64,000 nucleotides of DNA from an uncultured Gemmatimonadales bacterium (GTDB lineage: Bacteria > Gemmatimonadota > Gemmatimonadetes > Gemmatimonadales > GWC2-71-9): contig CAVSLV010000001.1 of assembly GCA_963728915.1 (NCBI GenBank), positions 1,088,001-1,152,000 on the forward strand. The letters are read 5' to 3'. Shown one piece after another: positions 17,853 through 25,567 of this stretch. Positions within the stretch are counted from its first letter, which is position 1, and every line of letters begins with the position of its first letter. The notes below the pieces were generated by a model. That model had not been told where the DNA came from. It ran no database searches and saw nothing but the letters and a program-made list of their open reading frames with translations. The translations under genes and the position numbers were made by a program.

Positions 17853-20214
17853 GGTTTCGCTGCAATCGGTCCAGGACCCGTTTCATCACGTCATCGACCT
17901 CGGCATCGCGCAAGGTTCGATCGGGAGATCGGAGAACCAGCCGGACGGCCAGGCTCCGGCGGCCGGGGCCAATCCCTGCTCCACGATATTCGTCGATCAC
18001 TCGCACCGACTCGAGCAACCTCCCCGCACCGCCCCGGACTTCATGTTCCACCTGCGCCGCGGAGACCGCGGAAGGAAGCACCAGGGCGAGATCGCGGGTC
18101 GCCGGCGGAAACACCGGCAATGGAACATAACGCGGAGGTTGCCGCGGCGTGGTGTCGATGACCAGCTCGAACCCGAACAACCGGCCGGCCCAGGGCGGCG
18201 CGTCGGCGTGGAGGGGAGACGCCGCCCCGGCATTCTCCTCCCCGGCCCTGGCGATCCAGCCATCTCCTGCGGCGCTGATCGCAGCCCCGGGGCTCGCCAG
18301 GGCTGCGGTGCGCTCGAAAAGCCCCTTGAGGTCCCAGGCATCGCAATCGCCGCTCGCCGGTCCAGACCCTTTGGGATCGGACCAGTGGGCGGGCCACCGC
18401 GACCCGGTCACGATCCCGGCCACAGCCGTCACTTCGTGGGGGCGCTCTCCCGGCGCCGAGGGTGCGAAGACGGTTCCAATCTCGAAAAGCCTGACATCCC
18501 GCACCTGGTTGGCCCAGTTCGATTCAACCTGCCGGATCAACCCCGGGAGCAGGGACCTCCGCAGGAAACCATGCTCGGCCGAGATGGGATTCAGAATGCG
18601 GACACTGCCCTGCCCCTCCTCCGGCCCAACCGGCAGGAGCATGACTTCGTAGAGACCTTCCGCGATGAGGTGGTTGCGGAGCTCCGAAGCAATCGAGACG
18701 ATCGGGGCGTCGATCCGGTTCCCGCCGCGGAAGGGCCGAAGCTCGTCGGGCAGATTCGGATACCCATGCAATCGGGCGACTTCTTCGACGAGATCGATCT
18801 CCTCGAGCAGGTCGGGACGCCAGCCGGGAACCTGGACCGCATACCGCTTCTCTTCCGGCTTGGGCGATACCACCGCGCCAACCGCCGTGAGGCAGCGCTC
18901 GACTTCAGAAACCGGCAGCTCGACCCCGAGGACCTGGGCCACCCGCTGGTGCCGGAGAAAGATGCGAAGCGGCGGGGCCGGATCGGGCCAGAGGTCAACC
19001 GGCTCACCATCCACCTGCCCGCCTGCGGTCCGGAGAACGATATCGATGCAACGCTCCAGGGCTTCCGGGATGGCCCAGAGGTCGGTGCCCCGTTCGAACC
19101 GGTAGGAGGCGTCCGTGCTCAGCCCGATGATCTTGCGAGCCTGGCGAAGGGGCGCAGGGTGCCACCAGGCGGATTCCAGAAACACGTCGCGGGTGGCATC
19201 GGAGATCTCGCTCGAGCGACCACCCATCACCCCTCCGATCCCGGACGGGCCGGCGGCGTCGGCGACGATGGTGGTTCCCGGAGGGAGCGGCCGATCCACG
19301 CCATCGAGGGTCATCAATCGTTCGCCGGGCCGGGCCAGACGCACCAGGAGCTCGGGTCCGGGAACCCGGGCGAGGTCGTACGCGTGAAGCGGCTGCCCCG
19401 ACTCGAACATGACGTAGTTGGTGGCGTCCACCACGTTGCTGATGCTCCGGAGACCCACCGCCTCGATCCGCTGGCGCAACCAGGCCGGGCTCGGCGCCAC
19501 CGCCACGTTCCGGATGACCGCACCGGTGAACCGGGCGCAGGCGGCGTCGGGTTCGATGGAGATTCGCACCCCCGCCGCGATCGTGGTGCGATCCAGAACC
19601 CGGCGAATAGCCGGCGTCCCGGGAACCGGCGTGCCCGGGAGCTCAGGAAGGCGCCAGCTCGTCCCGAAGGAGGCGGCGAGCTCCCGCGCAACGCCCTTAT
19701 GGCCCAGCAGGTCGGGCCGAACCGGCGCAACATCCAGCTCGAGCTGCTCATCCCCGAGCTCCAACGCGGCCAGAAAGGATGCTCCAGGGGCGGCATCGGT
19801 CTCCAGGGTGAGAATGCCGTCGTGATCGGCGCCCAGTCCGAGCTCGCGCGCGGAGCACAACATCCCCTCGGAGACCTCGCCCCGGATCTTCCGTTTCTCG
19901 AGTTTGATCCCACCGGGAAGCGACGAGCCAACCGGAGCGAACGGGTATTTCCGCCCTGCTTCGACGTTCGACGCGCCGCAAACGACATGAAAACGCTCCG
20001 GCCCGCCGGCATTCACGGTGCAGAGGCGGAGTCGATCGGCATTGGGATGCGGCCGCACCTCCTCGACCAGCGCGATGATCACATCCTTGAGATCCGCATG
20101 CAACGGGTTCACCGCGTCCACCGGCGCGCCAAGCAGGGCCAGGCGTTCCACCAGGTCCCTCGCGTCGAGTGGCCGCCGCAGGAAGGCCTCGAGCCATCGC
20201 CGGGAGACCTTCAC
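17827..20214 (-). CDS. pheT: Phenylalanine--tRNA ligase beta subunit
   Basis: HPNADRL, VVCGASNV, SEGMLCS..ELGL, RFERG, RPDLLEEIDLVEEVAR, C-terminal anticodon-binding domain (RDLA). Confidence 0.97.
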   Translation of the reverse strand: MKVSRRWLEAFLRRPLDARDLVERLALLGAPVDAVNPLHADLKDVIIALVEEVRPHPNADRLRLCTVNAGGPERFHVVCGASNVEAGRKYPFAPVGSSLPGGIKLEKRKIRGEVSEGMLCSARELGLGADHDGILTLETDAAPGASFLAALELGDEQLELDVAPVRPDLLGHKGVARELAASFGTSWRLPELPGTPVPGTPAIRRVLDRTTIAAGVRISIEPDAACARFTGAVIRNVAVAPSPAWLRQRIEAVGLRSISNVVDATNYVMFESGQPLHAYDLARVPGPELLVRLARPGERLMTLDGVDRPLPPGTTIVADAAGPSGIGGVMGGRSSEISDATRDVFLESAWWHPAPLRQARKIIGLSTDASYRFERGTDLWAIPEALERCIDIVLRTAGGQVDGEPVDLWPDPAPPLRIFLRHQRVAQVLGVELPVSEVERCLTAVGAVVSPKPEEKRYAVQVPGWRPDLLEEIDLVEEVARLHGYPNLPDELRPFRGGNRIDAPIVSIASELRNHLIAEGLYEVMLLPVGPEEGQGSVRILNPISAEHGFLRRSLLPGLIRQVESNWANQVRDVRLFEIGTVFAPSAPGERPHEVTAVAGIVTGSRWPAHWSDPKGSGPASGDCDAWDLKGLFERTAALASPGAAISAAGDGWIARAGEENAGAASPLHADAPPWAGRLFGFELVIDTTPRQPPRYVPLPVFPPATRDLALVLPSAVSAAQVEHEVRGGAGRLLESVRVIDEYRGAGIGPGRRSLAVRLVLRSPDRTLRDAEVDDVMKRVLDRLQRNLDVSPRAS

Positions 20215-21296
20215 GCGGGCTCCTGACCCGCGAGCTGGCGGAGGAGACGCATGTCTCCTCCGTATTCCAGACGGATGTCCGGGATATCAAATCGTTGCTG
20301 CGCGGTTCGGCCCGGACCGAGCCCGAACGCCCAGCCGGTATATCGCTCAGGATCGACCCCGCAGTTTTCGAGGACTTTAGGGTGAACCATGCCGCAGCCG
20401 AGAAGCTCCATCCAGCCGGTCTGCTTGCAGGCCGGGCAGCCGCTTCCGTGGCAGAGCTGACATTCGACGTCGAGCTCGGCGGAGGGCTCGGTGAACGGGA
20501 AATAGGAGGGGCGAAAGCGGACCTTGGTCGAGGCCGCGAAGAAACGCCGCGCGAAATGGGTGAGGGTCGCCTTGAGATCGACGAATCCGATTCCCTCGTC
20601 CACCGCCAGCCCCTCGATCTGCGCGAAGGCGGGCGCGTGGGAAGCGTCCCAGGGATCGTTCCGGTAGACGATGCCGGGAATGACCACGCGATACGGCGGC
20701 GGTCCGGCCTGCATCACCCGGATTTGCACCGGAGAGGTGTGGGTGCGGAGGAGGAACCGGCCCTGGTCAGGCGGACGAACCGGTTCCCTGTCCGCCGGTC
20801 CGTCTGCCCGCCCGTCCGCCAGGTACAGCGTGTCGTGCATGTCCATCGCGGGATGGTCGGGTGGGAAGTTGAGGGCGCCGAAGTTGAGCCATTCCGTTTC
20901 GATCTCCGGCCCCACGGCGACCACGAACCCCAGCTCCCGGAAGACCCCGACGCAGTCATCGATCACCCGGGTGACGGGATGCCGCGCCCCGATCCAGCGG
21001 CCGCGTCCCGGCATGGTTCCATCGATCGTCGAGTGGGTTGAGGTGGACCGGTCGCTCGATTCCCGTTCGGCAAAGGCCGCTTCGAACGCCGCCTTGAGGC
21101 GATTCGCTTCGGCGCCGAACCGTTTTCGCTCCTCGGGGGCCAGGGTGGGAAGCACGCGGAGGGCGTGCGTGAGCAACCCCTGCTTGCGGCCAAGCACGGC
21201 AATGCGCTCCGCTTCCAGCCCCGCGGCATCCAGGGACGGAATGGCCGCGAGCCGGGGCAGGAGCGCATCGAGCTCGGGATACCCCGTGGGGTTCAT
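20211..21296 (-). CDS. pheS: Phenylalanine--tRNA ligase alpha subunit
   Basis: NFGALNFPPDHPAMDMHDTLY, LRTHTSPVQ, FRPSYFPFTEPSAE, GCGMVHP, GWAFGLG. Confidence 0.97.
   Translation of the reverse strand: MNPTGYPELDALLPRLAAIPSLDAAGLEAERIAVLGRKQGLLTHALRVLPTLAPEERKRFGAEANRLKAAFEAAFAERESSDRSTSTHSTIDGTMPGRGRWIGARHPVTRVIDDCVGVFRELGFVVAVGPEIETEWLNFGALNFPPDHPAMDMHDTLYLADGRADGPADREPVRPPDQGRFLLRTHTSPVQIRVMQAGPPPYRVVIPGIVYRNDPWDASHAPAFAQIEGLAVDEGIGFVDLKATLTHFARRFFAASTKVRFRPSYFPFTEPSAELDVECQLCHGSGCPACKQTGWMELLGCGMVHPKVLENCGVDPERYTGWAFGLGPGRTAQQRFDIPDIRLEYGGDMRLLRQLAGQEPA
20765..20820. repeat. NGTCCGCC octamer tandem with an inverted copy, inside pheS
   Basis: ggcggacg (20770-20777) ... tgtccgcc ggtccgtc tgcccgcc cgtccgcc (20789-20820); same unit and layout as at 54519-54599. 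Confidence 0.65.
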
Positions 21297-21326
21297 GGCA
21301 GTGAAGCGGATATCCGCGAGCGCGCG

Positions 21327-21683
21327 CTACGCGGCTTTCGACTTGGCGATTTCCGCGATCCGGGCAAATGCATCGGCATCATGGACCGCGAGGTCGGCCA
21401 GCACCTTGCGGTTGATCTCGACCCCTGCCTGCCGGAGTCCAGCCATGAGACGGCTGTAGCTCAGGTCGTGCAACCGGGCTGCGGCGTTGATCCGGGTGAT
21501 CCAAAGGGTCCGGAAATCCCCCTTGCGCTTGCGCCGATCGCGGTAGGCGTAGGCGCGTCCACGCTCCACGTTTTCCTTGGCGGCCTTGTACAGTTTGCTG
21601 CGAGCCTGAAAGCCGCCCTTGGCAGCTTTCATGATCTTCTTCTTACGGGCGTGGTGGGCGACGCCGCTCTTCACGCGAGGCAT
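21327..21683 (-). CDS. rplT: 50S ribosomal protein L20
   Basis: MPRVKSG...[26 protein letters not shown]...[11 protein letters not shown]. Confidence 0.98.
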   Translation of the reverse strand: MPRVKSGVAHHARKKKIMKAAKGGFQARSKLYKAAKENVERGRAYAYRDRRKRKGDFRTLWITRINAAARLHDLSYSRLMAGLRQAGVEINRKVLADLAVHDADAFARIAEIAKSKAA

Positions 21684-21692
21684 GGTTTCCTC

Positions 21693-21887
21693 CTAGGCCT
21701 GGAGCAATCGGTTCACCCGCCGGAAGTCCGCCGAGCTGACCAGGGCGGCCTTGCCGAGCTGGTTCTTCCGCTTGCGGGTCTTCTTGGTCAGGATGTGGCG
21801 CTTGTTGGCCCGCCCCCGCTTGAGTTTCCCCGAGCCGGTGACGGTAAACCGCTTCATGGCGGCGCGTTTGGTTTTCTGTTTCGGCAT
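21693..21887 (-). CDS. rpmI: 50S ribosomal protein L35
   Basis: MPKQKTKRAAMKRFTVTGSGKLKR...HILTKK. Confidence 0.98.
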   Translation of the reverse strand: MPKQKTKRAAMKRFTVTGSGKLKRGRANKRHILTKKTRKRKNQLGKAALVSSADFRRVNRLLQA

Positions 21888-21908
21888 CCTGTCGTCTCCC
21901 GCGCCAGA

Positions 21909-22430
21909 TTACTTCGGCGCGATCACCATGGTCATGTTCTTGCCTTCGAGCCGGGCGTCGAATTCGACCTTGCCAATGTCCGCAAGCGACACGGCCACCC
22001 GGTCCAGCACGACTTTCCCGAGGTCGATCCTGGCCACCTGCCGGCCCCGGAACATCATCGTGACCTTCACCTTGTTCCCTTCCCCCAGGAACTCGCGCAT
22101 GTGGCGCAACTTGAAATCGAAATCGTGGTCATCGATCCCGGGCCGGAGTTTGACCTCCTTGACCTCGATGACGTGCTGTTTCTTCTTGGCGGCCCGTGCC
22201 GCCTTGGCCTCCTCGAACTTGAACTTCCCGTAGTCCATGATCTTGACCACGGGCGGACGCGCCGTCGGAGCCACCTCCACCAGGTCGAGGCCGCGGGCCT
22301 CCGCGGCAGCCAGCGCTTCTTCAATTGGCAACACCCCTAACTGCTCACCCGAATCTGAAATCACCCTGACCGGACTGATCCGGATCATGCGATTGACTCG
22401 GGTCCGACGCTCCCGTTCCGGTGTGCTCAG
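21909..22430 (-). CDS. infC: Translation initiation factor IF-3, probable non-AUG start
   Basis: RVNRMIRISPVRVI, DLVEVAP..PPVVKIMDYGKFKFE, KVKVTMMFRGRQ. The frame extends upstream of the first ATG to CTG (22430) or ATA (22436), behind GGAGG at 22439-22443. Confidence 0.93.
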   Translation of the reverse strand: MSTPERERRTRVNRMIRISPVRVISDSGEQLGVLPIEEALAAAEARGLDLVEVAPTARPPVVKIMDYGKFKFEEAKAARAAKKKQHVIEVKEVKLRPGIDDHDFDFKLRHMREFLGEGNKVKVTMMFRGRQVARIDLGKVVLDRVAVSLADIGKVEFDARLEGKNMTMVIAPK

Positions 22431-22444
22431 CGGTATAGCCTCCA

Positions 22445-22590
22445 GGCCAAGGGAAAAAGAAAAACACCCCGCCAGGCGGAGTGTTCCGGAACGCTCGCGA
22501 TCAGGCCGCTGGGCCTGTGAGCAGGTCGGGAACCCGTTCGCCGCGCGGCGGCTCGGGGTGGAGGGCCCGCTGGGCCCTCGCTTCCAAGTG
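22445..22590 (-). promoter_or_regulatory. Structured infC-rpmI-rplT leader with intrinsic terminator (L20-leader-like attenuator)
   Basis: Hairpins GAGGGCCC-AGC-GGGCCCTC and CAGGCC-CAGC-GGCCTG, then AACACTCCGC-CTG-GCGGGGTGTT plus a U-rich tail just before the RBS. Confidence 0.65.
22454..22485 (-). terminator. Rho-independent terminator within the infC leader
   Basis: 10-bp stem (one G-U pair) followed by TTTCTTTTT. Confidence 0.7.
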
Positions 22591-22595
22591 GCGGA

Positions 22596-22624
22596 AGAGT
22601 AAGCGCTTACCGTTCGGCGGTCAA
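22596..22624 (-). promoter_or_regulatory. sigma70-type promoter for the infC operon
   Basis: TTGACC-N17-TACTCT. Confidence 0.7.
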
Positions 22625-22634
22625 ATCAGCGCCG

Positions 22635-23147
22635 TCAGACCTTGGCCAGCTTGCTGTCGTAGCTCTCCCCGTAGATGGCCGGCACTTTGGCGCCCATCGG
22701 GCGCAGGTAGGTCGAGAGCTGGCCCCGATGATGGATCGAGTGGTTGAGCCCCAGCGAAAGGAACCGGATCGCCGGCCAGGTGAACATTCCGCGGAAATCG
22801 ACCGGCTTGAGAAGCTGCTCCGGAGTGGCCCGGGTAAGGAGATCGAAATTTCCGGCGAAGCGAGCCTCGTACCACTCCGCAATCTCGACCGGAGTGACCA
22901 CCGATTCGGGCAGGTCGTTCTTCAGATCGAAAATCCCCGCGGTCACCGTCTCGTAGAAGCGGTTTTCGGCAAGCGCGATGTGGCGGACCAGCTCGATCGC
23001 ACTCTTGGCGTGCGGATCAGGCCGATAGTCCGCCCGATCCGCCGGAACCGCCCTGAGGACCGTGGCTGTCGTGCGGCTTTCCGTTTTGATCCCGCCGAGC
23101 TGGTACTGCAGGATCTGGGTCGCCTGATCCGGGGTCAGCGTCATCAT
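22635..23147 (-). CDS. DinB family protein
   Basis: YRPDPHAKSAIELVRHI...HSIHHRGQLSTYLRPMGAKVPAIYG; GGGAGG RBS before ATG 23147. Confidence 0.9.
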   Translation of the reverse strand: MMTLTPDQATQILQYQLGGIKTESRTTATVLRAVPADRADYRPDPHAKSAIELVRHIALAENRFYETVTAGIFDLKNDLPESVVTPVEIAEWYEARFAGNFDLLTRATPEQLLKPVDFRGMFTWPAIRFLSLGLNHSIHHRGQLSTYLRPMGAKVPAIYGESYDSKLAKV

Positions 23148-23236
23148 ACCGATCCTCCCGCAATCCACTTCGAGTTGGCGAATGATAGTTACTCTTCCAT
23201 GGGGAAGGGTCGGTCGAGCACCAAGCGGAGATCCCA

Positions 23237-24073
23237 ATGCTACCGTCGCGATCACTGGTGGTGTGCGGCATGATCATCGGCGCCGTTGGCGCCCTCGCGA
23301 GGCAGCAAGCCACGCCGTCCTGCTGGTCCTCCGCCGGACGGCCCCGGGACCGGGCCGCGCAGCAACTTCCCAACGGCTTTCGGGCGGTGGTGGAACGCTC
23401 CGCTGATTCCCTGGAGGTTGAAACCGGCTGCTCGGTACGGCTCTTTCAGGGCAATCGGGTGGTCTGGTCAGCGCAGGGATTCGGCACCAGGATCGAGCCC
23501 GAATCCGGCCGGGATCTCGACGGCGACGGGGTTCCCGAGGCCGTGTTGAGCGTTGACGTGGGGGGCGGCAATCGTTGCTGCTGGAGTGCCACCATTCTCC
23601 GGCTCGCGCTGCCGGTCGACTCCCTTCCCCTCGGCTTCGATCCTGATCTGCTCACCGGTCCGGACGGGATCACTCTGATTGGGGAGTGGCAGGCGGATTA
23701 CGGGCTTGGTCGCAGTATGGCCGAGGCCCCCGCCGTGCTGCGAGTGCACCGGTTGAAGGAGGGTCGTCTGGTGAACGTCACTCGGGAGTACTGCCCGGTC
23801 CTCCTGGGAAGCCGGGAGGAACCTTCCCTGAAGCGCTGGCGATTCGAGCGACCGCCTCCTGAAGTCCTCGCGCGCTCCAGGAACACCTCGGTGCCGGTGC
23901 CTGAGGATGTCGAGCAAGTCAGGGCCGAGGTGGTTCCGCTCGCCCTCCAGCACATGGTGTGCGGTGAGCTCGACAGCGCGCAGGCGCTCATCACAGCCAC
24001 CTGGCCACCGCTTCAAGCCGATTCGGTCCGGCGCCTCCTCGAACGATCCCCCATCGGGCAGCCAGAGCGGTAG
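23237..24073 (+). CDS. Exported hypothetical protein with DxDGDG and GGGxRCC motifs
   Basis: Hydrophobic N-terminus; RDLDGDGVPE; GGGNRCCW; fills the gap between flanking genes. Confidence 0.65.
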   Translation: MLPSRSLVVCGMIIGAVGALARQQATPSCWSSAGRPRDRAAQQLPNGFRAVVERSADSLEVETGCSVRLFQGNRVVWSAQGFGTRIEPESGRDLDGDGVPEAVLSVDVGGGNRCCWSATILRLALPVDSLPLGFDPDLLTGPDGITLIGEWQADYGLGRSMAEAPAVLRVHRLKEGRLVNVTREYCPVLLGSREEPSLKRWRFERPPPEVLARSRNTSVPVPEDVEQVRAEVVPLALQHMVCGELDSAQALITATWPPLQADSVRRLLERSPIGQPER

Positions 24074-25444
24074 TCAGGCCTTGCGGGCCGGCCAGCCGGG
24101 ACTCTCGTCGCGGCCGGCCGCATCGAGCCCTTCGACGGCCGGCAGGTCGGCGGGTGACCAGGCCTTCTCACTGCGGGCGATGAACGCCGTCGCCGTGATG
24201 TCTCCTCCAACATTGACCATCGTCCTGGTCATATCCAGGATCCGATCGACCCCGAGGATGATCGCGATCCCTTCACCCGGGACACCGAACATCGCGAGAA
24301 TCCCGACCAGCAGGGGGATCGATCCCCCGGGCACTCCGGCCGCTCCGATCGCGGTGATGACCGCCATGACGATCACGACGATCATTTGGGGGAGGGAAAG
24401 CGCCACCCCGAAGACCTGACACAGGAAGATCACGGTCATGCCCTCGAACAGGGCGGTGCCGTTCATGCACATGGTGGAACCGAGCGGCAGGACGAACCCG
24501 GCGATGTGCTGCGGGACGCCGAGGTTCTGCTGCGCCGTCGCGAGGGCCGTCGGCAGGGTGGCGTTGCTCGAGCTGGTGGAGAAGGCGGTGACCAGGGCGG
24601 AGCGGATCCGCTTGAAATAGGTGATCGGGGAGATCCCCACCAGAGTCCGGACGATCACCGAGATGGTTCCGAACAGGTGAAGCAGCAGGGCGCCGACGAC
24701 GGTAATGATGTACCAGGCGAGCGGCTTGAGCAGGTGGAAGCCGAATCGCGAGGTGACCCCGAAGATCAGGCCGGCCACGCCAAACGGCGCGAGACGCATG
24801 GCCAACTCGACGATTTTTATCACCACGTCGTTCAGGGCGTTGAGAAATCCCAGCATCGGCGCCGCCCGCTCCTCCTTGAGGAGGGTCAGAGCCGCCCCGA
24901 ACACGATGCCGAAGAAGATGATCCCCAGCATGTCGAGATCGACGGCAGACTTGACCGGATTCCGGGTGACGATGTTCACGATCGTCTCGACCCCGAATTT
25001 GGACGTCTGGGAAGTCTCCACCCGCGACGCCGCGTCGCCCGCATAAGTCGTCAGCAGCTCCTGCCGCACCGCCGGGTCGAGCTGCAGGCCCGGCCGGGTG
25101 AAATTCACGATGACGAGACCCAGGGCCGCCGCCAGTGCGGTCGAGACGAAGAAGTACGCGATCGCTTTGGCCCCGACCCTCCCTACCCGGCGCAGATCAC
25201 CGAGGCCGGCCACCCCGAGCGTGATCGAGGCGAACACCAGCGGGATCACGATCATGAACAGCATGCGAAGAAAGATCTGGCCGATCGGCCCCGCCAGGTA
25301 CTTGTTCACCCCTTCGACGAGGGAATGATTGCCTCCCAGCAGCTGGTTGGCGGTAATTCCCAGGACGGCCCCGACGAGGAGGCCCAGGAGGATCCGGGTG
25401 TGCAGCTTGAGGCCTTTCCCGGTGTTGCCGATGGATTCGGCCAT
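24074..25444 (-). CDS. Dicarboxylate/amino acid:cation symporter (GltP/DAACS)
   Basis: FLRMLFMIVIPLVF, AFSTSSSNATLP, LGSTMCMNGTAL, GVDRILDMTRT. Start at ATG 25444. Confidence 0.95.
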   Translation of the reverse strand: MAESIGNTGKGLKLHTRILLGLLVGAVLGITANQLLGGNHSLVEGVNKYLAGPIGQIFLRMLFMIVIPLVFASITLGVAGLGDLRRVGRVGAKAIAYFFVSTALAAALGLVIVNFTRPGLQLDPAVRQELLTTYAGDAASRVETSQTSKFGVETIVNIVTRNPVKSAVDLDMLGIIFFGIVFGAALTLLKEERAAPMLGFLNALNDVVIKIVELAMRLAPFGVAGLIFGVTSRFGFHLLKPLAWYIITVVGALLLHLFGTISVIVRTLVGISPITYFKRIRSALVTAFSTSSSNATLPTALATAQQNLGVPQHIAGFVLPLGSTMCMNGTALFEGMTVIFLCQVFGVALSLPQMIVVIVMAVITAIGAAGVPGGSIPLLVGILAMFGVPGEGIAIILGVDRILDMTRTMVNVGGDITATAFIARSEKAWSPADLPAVEGLDAAGRDESPGWPARKA

Positions 25445-25567
25445 ACTGGTCCGTGGCGAAGAGGTGGCTGGTCTGCAGGGTGAATTTACATGGAGGCGCC
25501 TATCCGGTGAAACGAAACCGCTCGCCGGAGCGTCTGATACAGCATCCGGGTTGGAGCGTGGTCCCCG

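Noticed and set aside
7691..20226. Very long antisense ORFs (e.g. 7691-9247, 10068-11987, 15547-17640, 17653-20226; also 41406-43001 and 59251-60804)
   Set aside because: Expected opposite real genes in high-GC DNA, where stop codons are scarce; no recognisable motifs.
21297..21326. pheM attenuator or T-box upstream of pheS
   Set aside because: 30-nt gap with no Phe-rich leader, T-box or terminator.
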